NCBI RefSeq assembly: GCF_000007145.1
Contig: NC_003902.1
Span: 4,406,497-4,438,496 of the forward strand
Direction: 5' to 3'
DNA from: Xanthomonas campestris pv. campestris str. ATCC 33913
GTDB lineage: Bacteria; Pseudomonadota; Gammaproteobacteria; Xanthomonadales; Xanthomonadaceae
Length of the DNA: 32,000 nucleotides
The position numbers were made by a program, and so were the translations under genes. The notes below the pieces were generated by a model, which worked only from the letters and a program-made list of their open reading frames with translations, was not told the origin of the DNA and ran no database searches. Shown here one piece after another: positions 25,074-32,000 of this stretch; position 1 is the stretch's first letter, and every line of letters starts with the position of its first letter.

Positions 25074-26144
25074 TCAACGGCGCAGCTGCACGCTGCCGGT
25101 GCCGTAGATGAGTTGCTGCGCCATCGGCCGGCCGATGAATCGCTCGGGAAAGATCGGCGCCGGCGCACTGGCGGCATCCAACCGCTGCAGTTGCGCATCG
25201 CTGAGCGTCAGGTCGAATGCGCCGAAGTTGTCCAGCGCCTGCTCCAGCGTGCGCGCGCCCATCACTGGCGCAACCACCGCCGGGTTGCGCAAGGTCCACG
25301 CCAATGCGACCTGCGAGCGTGAGGCACCCAGTTCGTCGGCGACCTCGCCCACCACATCGGCGATGTCCAGCGAGCGCGCGTTGAGATGCCCGGTGGAGGC
25401 AATCACGCCCTTGCGGCTGGCAGCCACCTCCGCGCCGTTCTCGTCGGAGAGATCTGCGCGCGTGTACTTGCCGGTGAGAATGCCGCCGCCCTGCGGCGAC
25501 CAGGGCATGACACCCAAGCCCAACTCACGCGCCATCGGCATCAGCTCATGCTCGACCGTGCGTTCGACCAGGCTGTACTCGATCTGCAGGGCCACCAACG
25601 GCGACCAGCCACGCAGGTCCGCCAGCGTCTGCAGCTGCGCCACGCGCCAGGCCGGCGTGTTGCAGATGCCCAGGTACAGCACCTTGCCGGCACGCACCAG
25701 ATCATCCAGCGCGCGCATCACTTCGTCCGGCGCGGTGGTGAAGTCCCAGGCGTGCAGGTACAACAGGTCGATGCGGTCGGTGGCGAGCTGGCGCAGGCTG
25801 GTTTCCACCGAGCGCATCAGGTTGAGCCGGTGATTGCCGCCGGAATTGATGTTGCCCGGGTCGCGCGCCATGGTGAACTTGGTCGCCACCACCACACGCT
25901 CGCGCTTGTCGGCGATCAGCCGGCCCAGCATGCGTTCGGACGCACCGTTGGTGTAGTTCACCGCGGTGTCGATGAAGTTGCCGCCACGCTCGACATATGC
26001 ATCGAAGATGCGCGTGGCGTCGGCTTCATCGGCACCCCAGCCCCATTCCTTGCCGAAGGTCATCGTGCCCAACGCCAGCGGCGAGACGCGCAGACCGGAG
26101 CGGCCGAGCAAGCGATACTGATCCAGAGACGTTGCGTGCTGCAT
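25074..26144 (-). CDS. Aldo/keto reductase (356 aa)
   Basis: AGGAGG-N7-ATG at 26144 inside track ORF 25074..27479. Family-typical text: YRLLGRSGLRVSPLALGTMTFG, FIDTAVNYTNGASE, DLLYLHAWD, SPLVALQIEYSLVER. Confidence 0.92.
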   Translation of the reverse strand: MQHATSLDQYRLLGRSGLRVSPLALGTMTFGKEWGWGADEADATRIFDAYVERGGNFIDTAVNYTNGASERMLGRLIADKRERVVVATKFTMARDPGNINSGGNHRLNLMRSVETSLRQLATDRIDLLYLHAWDFTTAPDEVMRALDDLVRAGKVLYLGICNTPAWRVAQLQTLADLRGWSPLVALQIEYSLVERTVEHELMPMARELGLGVMPWSPQGGGILTGKYTRADLSDENGAEVAASRKGVIASTGHLNARSLDIADVVGEVADELGASRSQVALAWTLRNPAVVAPVMGARTLEQALDNFGAFDLTLSDAQLQRLDAASAPAPIFPERFIGRPMAQQLIYGTGSVQLRR

Positions 26145-26567
26145 GGGAATTCCTCCTGTTGAAGTAACGCGCGGTACTGCACTGCGCTGGGGAACACTGT
26201 GCTGCAGGCGTGTGCGGAGCCGGTAGCCGCATCCTCCGCAATCCTTGCCTGATCCGCCGAGCGCACAACCGGCCGCTACACCGTGGCAGACGCGACCGCA
26301 TCGCAAGCGCGCAACCACATCAGCGCGACCAACCTGTGCATCGCCGCGTTGTGGACACCCAGCACAACCGGTGGCGCTGCGCACCGCCGCAGAGGCTGCA
26401 TTCCAGCGCTGTCTTCGCCCACACGTGATGCGCACAACGGCACCAAGCGATCTCAGCGGTAGGTGCTGTTCGCCTGCATGTGGCATCACTGCAGAGCAGC
26501 GCAAGAGTGCCGTTGCAGCGGCTAGCATGGAACTGACAAAACATGCCCAGCCGCCGGAAAACTTTTT

Positions 26568-27494
26568 ATGAGTCACGACATCGCCTGGGAAGATCAACGC
26601 ACCTTCCTGGCGGTTCTCGACACCGGCAGTCTCTCGGCTGCCGCGCGCCAGCTGGGCGTTACCCAGCCCACCGTGCGTGCACGCATCGCTTCGCTTGAAG
26701 CCGCGCTGGGCACCACCTTGTTCACCCGTGCGATCACCGGCCTGATCCCCACCAGCGAAGCGCGCGGGCTGGAAGCGGCGGCCCGCACCATGGCGCGTGC
26801 CTCGGCGATGTTCGTGCGGTTGGCGTCTGCACCGCCCGGGCTGGTGGCCGGCACCGTGCGGATCAGCGTGTCGGACTTTGTTGGCGTCGAAGTTTTGCCG
26901 GCGATGCTGGCGCGCTTGCGCCAGGTGCATCCGCATATCGTCACCGAGCTGGTGCTCAGCAACACGCCGGCGGATCTGCTGGAGCAGGAAGTCGATATTG
27001 CCGTGCGCATGCAGCCGCCCACGCAAGGCGCGTTGGTGGCACGCAAGGTCGGTGCGATCGCCCTGGGCTTGTTTGCGCACCGCGATTACATCGCGCGCCG
27101 TGGCGCGCCGGCCACGGTAGAGGCACTGCTCGAACACGAGCTCATCGGCCCCGCTCGCAACCGCGCCGACCTGAGCCTGGCCCGCGCGCTGCATCCGCAC
27201 CTGCTGCGTGACCGCCTGGCCACCCGCACGGACAGCCACCCTGCGCAACTTGCGCTCGCACGCGCCGGCCTGGGCATCGCCATTGCGCAATGCCCGATCG
27301 CCCAGGCAGACCCATGCCTGGTGCAGGTGCTGCCCGAGGTCGCACTGCCCGCACTTACCACCTGGATCGTGACCCACGAAGACCTGCGCGATGTGCCACG
27401 CATCCGCGCCACCTTCAATCACCTGGTCACCGCGTTCGAACGCTATCTGGCAGTACCGCCTCAGGTCATGTCCGAGCAATATGCACCGGCCTGA
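26568..27494 (+). CDS. LysR-family transcriptional regulator (308 aa)
   Basis: Track ORF. HTH text WEDQRTFLAVLDTGSLSAAARQLGVTQPTVRARIASLEAALGTTLFTR. Divergent from the AKR operon, with a 423-bp spacer. Confidence 0.9.
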   Translation: MSHDIAWEDQRTFLAVLDTGSLSAAARQLGVTQPTVRARIASLEAALGTTLFTRAITGLIPTSEARGLEAAARTMARASAMFVRLASAPPGLVAGTVRISVSDFVGVEVLPAMLARLRQVHPHIVTELVLSNTPADLLEQEVDIAVRMQPPTQGALVARKVGAIALGLFAHRDYIARRGAPATVEALLEHELIGPARNRADLSLARALHPHLLRDRLATRTDSHPAQLALARAGLGIAIAQCPIAQADPCLVQVLPEVALPALTTWIVTHEDLRDVPRIRATFNHLVTAFERYLAVPPQVMSEQYAPA

Positions 27495-27499
27495 CGGCG

Positions 27500-28018
27500 C
27501 TACACACGCACCTCAGGCCGCCACGGCGCGGGCTCGGCAAGCAAGCGCGCCGCCACATCGCTCACGTGGTTGAAGCGATGCCGCTGGATGGCATAGATCA
27601 CGCCCAGCAAGACCGTAAATGCCAGCACTGGCAGCGGCACCACCGGCAGCGCCTGGACGAGCATCAGCGCCACCCACAGCATGCTCCAGTTGCACAGGCC
27701 CACGATGCGGATTTCACGATCGCGCTTGTCCACGACCACCACGCCACGCATCACCGGCGCGTAGTTCGGCTTGACGCGCATCCACACGCTTTCACGAAAC
27801 GCACTGCTTGTTTCCGACAGCGGGTGGAACACCAGCGGCGCCCACGCGGAGTCATCCAGCGTCATCTCGATGCGGCCCAACGGGAAGTGCGCCAGCGCCG
27901 TTGCGGTGGCCGGGATGCGCCGCACATACAGGGGCACGCCCCAGCGGCAGTACCAGCGGTTCCAGCACAGCATCAGCACCGCTTCGATCAACAGCAGCGC
28001 GATCAGCACGTACAGCAT
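27500..28018 (-). CDS. Hypothetical membrane protein (172 aa)
   Basis: AGGA-N7-ATG at 28018 inside track ORF 27500..28126. One N-terminal TM (MLYVLIALLLIEAVLMLCW) and two C-terminal TMs (WSMLWVALMLVQALPVVPLPVLAFTVLLGVIYAI). No family recognised. Confidence 0.55.
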   Translation of the reverse strand: MLYVLIALLLIEAVLMLCWNRWYCRWGVPLYVRRIPATATALAHFPLGRIEMTLDDSAWAPLVFHPLSETSSAFRESVWMRVKPNYAPVMRGVVVVDKRDREIRIVGLCNWSMLWVALMLVQALPVVPLPVLAFTVLLGVIYAIQRHRFNHVSDVAARLLAEPAPWRPEVRV

Positions 28019-28242
28019 GGGTCCGTCCTGTGTGTGGTCCGGGCGGACCGTGTCCTGAGCATGCCTGAGCACTGGACGCCCGTGCGGCTGCGCCAGGCGA
28101 TGGCAGCGCAACGCTAACCGCTGCACCGGCTGGCGTACACCTGCACAGCCAGATCGGGCGGTGCTGCGTAGCGCTTGCAGCGGTCACCATACTGCATGGT
28201 ATGTTTCGACCATCCCGCCCTCACACACAGCGAACGCAGCAC

Positions 28243-28719
28243 ATGGACACGCAATCGCAGACCCTCAACATCTGGACACGGCTAAGCCCGCTGCCGGGCG
28301 GCAAATGGCTGTTTTCCCGGCTGCTGTGCCTGAAGGCGCCCTACTTCGGCTCGATCTCCCCGCGCTTCGAGGTGCTGCGCCCCGACCAGTGCGTGGTGGC
28401 CGTGCGCAAGCGGCGCAAGGTGCTGAACCACATCGGCACCGTGCATGCGATTGCCATGTGCAACGCGGCCGAACTGGCCGGCGGCACCATGACCGAGGTG
28501 ACCGTGCCCGCCACGCATCGCTGGATCCCGCGCGGCATGGACGTGCAGTACCTCAAGAAAGCCACGACCGCGGTGGTGGCCGAAGCCCGCCCGCTCGACC
28601 CGTCACCCACCTTCGATGTGGCCAGGGAGTACCCGGTGGAAGTGCTGATCAAGGACACCGCCGGAGACACCGTCTTCCGCGCAGTGATTGCGATGTGGGT
28701 GTCGCCAAAGAAAGCGTAG
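28243..28719 (+). CDS. DUF4442 hotdog-fold (thioesterase-like) protein (158 aa; alternative start 28201)
   Basis: Track ORF 28201..28719. LPGGKWLFSRLL...APYFGSI...VLNHIGTVHAIAMCNAAELAGG...GMDVQYLKKA matches my memory of DUF4442 proteins. Confidence 0.75.
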   Translation: MDTQSQTLNIWTRLSPLPGGKWLFSRLLCLKAPYFGSISPRFEVLRPDQCVVAVRKRRKVLNHIGTVHAIAMCNAAELAGGTMTEVTVPATHRWIPRGMDVQYLKKATTAVVAEARPLDPSPTFDVAREYPVEVLIKDTAGDTVFRAVIAMWVSPKKA

Positions 28720-28759
28720 CCACACGCCCCCACGCCGCTGCACGCGCCACCCGCAATCG

Positions 28760-28924
28760 TCAGCCCTGCAACACCAGTGACCCGTCCGGGTAGCGCGCAC
28801 ACAGAAAATCCACGAACGCGCGTACCTTGGGCGCGGCCAGCCGCCGCGAGGTGTGCAGCACCCACAGCGCCGGCGTCACGCCGGACACCATTCCCCACTG
28901 CACCAGTTCCCCGCGCGCCAGCGG
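28760..28924 (-). pseudogene. 3' remnant (last 54 codons) of a LysR-type regulator gene, truncated at the low-GC junction
   Basis: Hand translation: PLARGELVQWGMVSGVTPALWVLHTSRRLAAPKVRAFVDFLCARYPDGSLVLQG*. This is the classic LysR C-terminus (L-x-x-G-x-L-V ... P-S-R-R-x-x-x-P-K-V-R-A-F-V-D-F-L). There is no start codon or upstream part, because the frame runs directly into the TAG of the GGDEF gene at 28925-28927. Confidence 0.75.
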
Positions 28925-30430
28925 CTACGCGCTCAAGCGCGCGCGATTGCGTCCAGCCTGCTTTGCCGCGTAAAGCGCATCGTCGGCGCATTTCAATAGT
29001 CCGCTTGCATCGACCTCCTTGTTGAACGCGCTATAGCTATATGCCCCGACGCTGACAGTGAGGTAGCCCTCCGGACTGTCGTCGTGCGCAATCTGCAGCC
29101 CACGAATACTCTCCACAATGCGCTCGGCTGCTGCCAGCACCGCAGCCTGGTCGCATGAGGGAAGTAACACAGTGAGCTCTTCTCCACCGTACCTGGCAGC
29201 GAGATTGCCAGCGCGCCGCGTGTGGTTCTTCAGCACATTGGCGATTGCCTTGATGCAGAGGTCGCCTGCAGGGTGGCCATAATAGTCGTTGTACCGCTTG
29301 AAATAATCGATATCGACCATGATCACGCCGAGCGGCTGCGATGTTCGCTTTGCGCGCTTGATCTCGGCGGGCAACACCACATCAAGCTGCCTGCGGTTCG
29401 CCAGACCGGTCAGGCTGTCCTGCATGGCAATGGCTTCCACTGCGGCATAGGCCAGTCGCAGCTCATCTTCGACTTTCAGCGTTGTCTTTATCTGGCGCGA
29501 AATAAGCGTCGCAAAGAGGACTGGAATCGGAAGGATCAGACAGAGCATGATCAATGAGCCATACAAACTCTCGTACCACGACCCGAGAATTGCACGCTTT
29601 GACTTGCCGGCCAGTACGACAAGCGGATAGCGATTGAGGCGTTCGTAGCCATACATACGCTCCACCTTGTCAGTGATCGCAACCACCATGTGCACGCCCC
29701 GCGATGCATGCGGCAGGTACTTCGAAAAGATATCCCCCTTGGCGATATTTCTACCAATCATGTTCGTGTCGAATGGATGACGCACCATGATGGTTCCGTT
29801 TTGATCTGCGAGAACGATCACACCTTGCTCGTCCATTCTGAAATCGGCATAGAACCTACTGAAGTACTGCACGCGAAGAGTCACTAGAAAAACCCCTCCG
29901 AAGTTTCCATCCTTGTTATTGATTCGCCTGGACACCGGAATAACCAGCTCGCCGGTCGAACGACTTGTAATCACAGGTCCGACGTGCACACGCTCACCCG
30001 CATGCGCCTTGTGATAGTGGAAATATTCCCTGTCAGCATTGTTGGCTGACGCAGGAACCTTGTCCTTGTCGGTGACTATCCAGTTACCCTTTTCGTCGTA
30101 AACGAAGATTCCGTGCAATTGCGGAAGGCTGCGTACCTGACGCTGGAAGAGAAGATGGAGCCGATTCCTGTCGATGTTCTCGAATCCGTCGCCTTCAATT
30201 CGCTCCACCACGCTCATGGAGAGTATGTCGGCGTCCTTGATTGCATCATCCGCATGTTGCCCCACGGAGTGGGCAAGATTCTCAGTTGTGCTACGGGCCG
30301 CGTCCAATGCGGAACGGTATCCCGTCCATGTCTGGTAGGCGTTGGTGCCGACCATCAACAGGATCATTGCCGCCGCAAAATAGGGAACAGATCTTAGAAT
30401 GACGCGTTGCCAATTGAAGGGAACTACCAT
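28925..30430 (-). CDS. Membrane sensor diguanylate cyclase (periplasmic Cache-like domain + GGDEF), 501 aa
   Basis: Track ORF. TM1 VPYFAAAMILLMVGTNAY, a ~255-aa extracytoplasmic region, then TM2 LYGSLIMLCLILPIPVLFATLI. GGDEF domain text: DSLTGLANRR, VDIDYFKRYNDYYGHPAGD, RYGGEELTVLL. The I-site position reads RAGN, not RxxD. GC is lower than in the flanks. Confidence 0.9.
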   Translation of the reverse strand: MVVPFNWQRVILRSVPYFAAAMILLMVGTNAYQTWTGYRSALDAARSTTENLAHSVGQHADDAIKDADILSMSVVERIEGDGFENIDRNRLHLLFQRQVRSLPQLHGIFVYDEKGNWIVTDKDKVPASANNADREYFHYHKAHAGERVHVGPVITSRSTGELVIPVSRRINNKDGNFGGVFLVTLRVQYFSRFYADFRMDEQGVIVLADQNGTIMVRHPFDTNMIGRNIAKGDIFSKYLPHASRGVHMVVAITDKVERMYGYERLNRYPLVVLAGKSKRAILGSWYESLYGSLIMLCLILPIPVLFATLISRQIKTTLKVEDELRLAYAAVEAIAMQDSLTGLANRRQLDVVLPAEIKRAKRTSQPLGVIMVDIDYFKRYNDYYGHPAGDLCIKAIANVLKNHTRRAGNLAARYGGEELTVLLPSCDQAAVLAAAERIVESIRGLQIAHDDSPEGYLTVSVGAYSYSAFNKEVDASGLLKCADDALYAAKQAGRNRARLSA

Positions 30431-30529
30431 GCGTTTCCCGCCCTATGAGGTGTGTCGCTCATGCATCTACTTGTCGACAGGAAAGGAATCTGAATCCGAA
30501 GAGGCGGCCCAGCCCGTCGCGCGCAGAGT

Positions 30530-31390
30530 CTAGAGCTTCGACCACGACGCACCCACGTTTTCTGGAAAGAGAAGTGCAACAAAAGACGGTGAGGTTTGCG
30601 CATTCGTCACCACCTGCAGCAAGATCCGCTTGCCCGAGAAGCTGCCCGCGTTCAAGGTGACGGGAAGGACACCGCTATCGTGGGCGCGCGTTTTCAAGCT
30701 TAAGCGTTCGTTCGAATCGCCTTTCCAGAGTGCGTTGGCGGAAGAAGCAACCAACGCTGCCTTGGTCATTCCCAATAAGTCGCAACACGCTGTGTTGACA
30801 GCGACCAGCGCCTCATCGGCACCGAACACCGCCATGGCGATTGGCGAGAAGTCGAAGCCTATCTGCTTCGCATCCGCTTCCAGGTTCGATGACAGGTCGC
30901 TCTTCAAACGGCTAAAGACATAATGGCTGGCCTTTTCCGCCAGCTGATTCATCAACCGCAGCTCGTCCTCATTCAGCTCTTTTGGCTGGGCGTCGAGGGC
31001 GCAGAGGGTTCCCACGACCAGACCGTTTTCGCTGCGTAGCGGTATCCCTGCATAGAAGCGAATGTAGGGCGGCCCTTGGACGAGCGGGTTGTCCTTGAAT
31101 CGAACATCGGTCAAGGCATCATGCACAAACAGCGCCTCCCCCGCACCCACTGCATGCGCGCAAAAAGACACGTCCCGCGATGTTTCGCAGGCATCGAGAC
31201 CGACTCTGGATTTGAACCATTGCCGGTCTGCGTCCACCAGCGAAATCAATGCGGTGGACACCTGCAATTTCTCGGCCAGTTCGCGCGTGATCTCGTCAAA
31301 GACCTCTTCTGCCGCTGTGTCCAGGATATCGAGCTGACGCAGGAGGCGAAGGCGCGCCTGCTCATTTTTCGGATACGGTGCAATGAGCAT
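30530..31390 (-). CDS. GAF + PAS-like sensor protein without output domain (286 aa)
   Basis: Track ORF. N-terminal text PKNEQARLRLLRQLDILDTAAEEVFDEITRELAEKLQVSTALISLVDADRQWFKSRVGLDACETSRDVSFCAHAV...FYAGIPL...GTLCALD is the GAF type that often precedes GGDEF/EAL or kinase domains. The C-terminal ~110 aa look PAS-like. Confidence 0.85.
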   Translation of the reverse strand: MLIAPYPKNEQARLRLLRQLDILDTAAEEVFDEITRELAEKLQVSTALISLVDADRQWFKSRVGLDACETSRDVSFCAHAVGAGEALFVHDALTDVRFKDNPLVQGPPYIRFYAGIPLRSENGLVVGTLCALDAQPKELNEDELRLMNQLAEKASHYVFSRLKSDLSSNLEADAKQIGFDFSPIAMAVFGADEALVAVNTACCDLLGMTKAALVASSANALWKGDSNERLSLKTRAHDSGVLPVTLNAGSFSGKRILLQVVTNAQTSPSFVALLFPENVGASWSKL

Positions 31391-31645
31391 AGTCGAGGAC
31401 CAGGGAAGCAGCCCCGATCATAGCGCCCTGCATGCTACCCATACGGTCGTGCTCGTTTGACAGCAAAGACCGCGAACCCAAGACGCATGCAGGCTAGTGG
31501 CATGCCGACCACGAAGCGCTTCTGCAGATCCGTCTCCGGCTAGGGCTGTGCTCTATCAGCTTTGAATCTAGGCGACATCACCACACGTATCGGAGTCGGC
31601 GTCAGCAGTGCGGGACGCGATCAAAAAACACAACCTCGCATCGTG

Positions 31646-31690
31646 TGGTGGGCCCACCAGGATTCGAACCTGGAACCAAAGGATTATGAG
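31646..31690 (-). tRNA. 3' half only of a CAT-anticodon tRNA (Met/Ile2-type): anticodon loop to CCA; att-site-like fragment, not a functional gene
   Basis: Minus strand: CTCATAA TCCTT TGGTT CCAGG TTCGAAT CCTGG TGGGCCC A CCA. This gives an anticodon loop with CAT, a 5-bp T stem with a TTCGAAT loop, a 7-nt acceptor 3' strand, a discriminator A and an encoded CCA. The upstream sequence (GACGTCAAA...) cannot pair with the anticodon or acceptor stems. Confidence 0.7.
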
Positions 31691-31750
31691 TTTGACGTCA
31701 ACGCGCCATGCCTAGGAAAACCACGCATAAGACAACGTAAGCAGCAGAAC

Positions 31751-31786
31751 AAAAAAGTAAGCTGCGACAGCAGTTTAGCGCAGCTT
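31751..31786 (-). terminator. Rho-independent terminator for the minus-strand unit entering from the right edge
   Basis: Minus strand: AAGCTGCG (31786-31779) / CGCAGCTT (31766-31759), 12-nt loop, followed by AC-TTTTTT (31756-31751). Confidence 0.6.
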
Positions 31787-31860
31787 GGCGATGACGGGCA
31801 AAACTCAGCCCTGTATCGCTTGAGTACCGCTATTGGAGACAATCTTGAACTCGTAGGCGT

Positions 31861-32000
31861 TCATGGCGACTGCTCCCACGGGTTGACGATAGTCACTCCT
31901 GTCGGCTGAAATTGGCCGCGTTGCGGGTGACCACTGCCGTGCCCTGCACTAGCATCTTCAGCGCATAAGGATTGGTACACAAGGTTCGGCAAGGATTCGT
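31861..32000 (-). pseudogene. VapC-like PIN toxin 3' end, partial at the window edge and apparently frameshifted
   Basis: The frame ending at 31893 reads ...ALKMLVQGTAVVTRNAANFSRQE*. The frame offset by one base continues PTGVTIVNPWEQSP* (stop at 31861-31863). Joined, they give the typical VapC C-terminus (G-x-x-x-VTRN-x-x-x-F ... G-x-x-x-x-NPW). Confidence 0.3.

Noticed and set aside
26145-27479. 5' extension of the 801-aa minus-strand ORF beyond the aldo/keto reductase
   Set aside because: Only the last 356 codons, from the AGGAGG-ATG at 26144, are AKR-like. The extension runs through the intergenic region and antisense to the LysR gene.
31646-31730. Complete tRNA-Met gene
   Set aside because: The sequence 5' of the anticodon loop cannot form the anticodon, D or acceptor stems, and no GGGCCCA acceptor 5' strand is present. 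Only the 3' half is there.
31562-31909. 115-aa plus-strand ORF
   Set aside because: It reads straight through the tRNA fragment and the terminator on the opposite strand. The region has low GC and no RBS, so the ORF is spurious.

Overview
High-GC (roughly 65-70% by eye) gammaproteobacterial chromosome segment. Gene content and codon style look Xanthomonadaceae/Lysobacterales-like; this is inference, no search was run. About 30 CDS are supportable. Most of the very long ORFs in the six-frame track are antisense or off-frame shadows, as expected at this GC content. LEFT (1-8.4 kb): small DUF3606 and DUF4142 genes, a Zn-dependent alcohol/formaldehyde-dehydrogenase-like gene, a YkgJ-type Cys-cluster gene and several tiny orphan ORFs. 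There is also a PaoC/YagR-like molybdopterin oxidoreductase subunit with no adjacent Fe-S or FAD partner genes. CENTRE (8455-13211, + strand): the most interesting locus. It is a translationally coupled four-gene operon: a DUF3348-like protein; an 885-aa protein with a MotA/ExbB/TolQ-like channel N-terminus fused to a ~700-aa Ala/Gln-rich tail built from 62-aa repeats (DUF802-like); a MotB/OmpA-like peptidoglycan anchor with the conserved transmembrane Asp; and a DUF2894-like protein. The architecture is that of a stator-type ion-driven motor and resembles Zorya ZorA/ZorB, but I can see no effector domain. A G-quadruplex-prone C/G-tract repeat lies upstream and a MITE-like element sits on its last stop codon. 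MIDDLE-RIGHT: a minus-strand operon of ABC ATPase, two DUF3526-type permeases and a TonB-dependent receptor; an M14 carboxypeptidase; a LysR/RidA divergent pair; an AKR / NTF2-like / Atu4866 / SDR operon with a divergent LysR; a membrane protein; and a DUF4442 hotdog protein. RIGHT END (28925-32000): a visibly lower-GC segment begins abruptly inside a LysR-type gene, of which only the last 54 codons survive. It carries a Cache-GGDEF diguanylate cyclase, a GAF-PAS protein, the 3' half of a CAT-anticodon tRNA (att-site-like) and a frameshifted VapC-like gene end at the window edge. Three copies of a ~138-bp palindromic MITE-like element with CTTAG-type flanks sit exactly on stop codons. No rRNA, intact tRNA, CRISPR array or transposase gene was seen.
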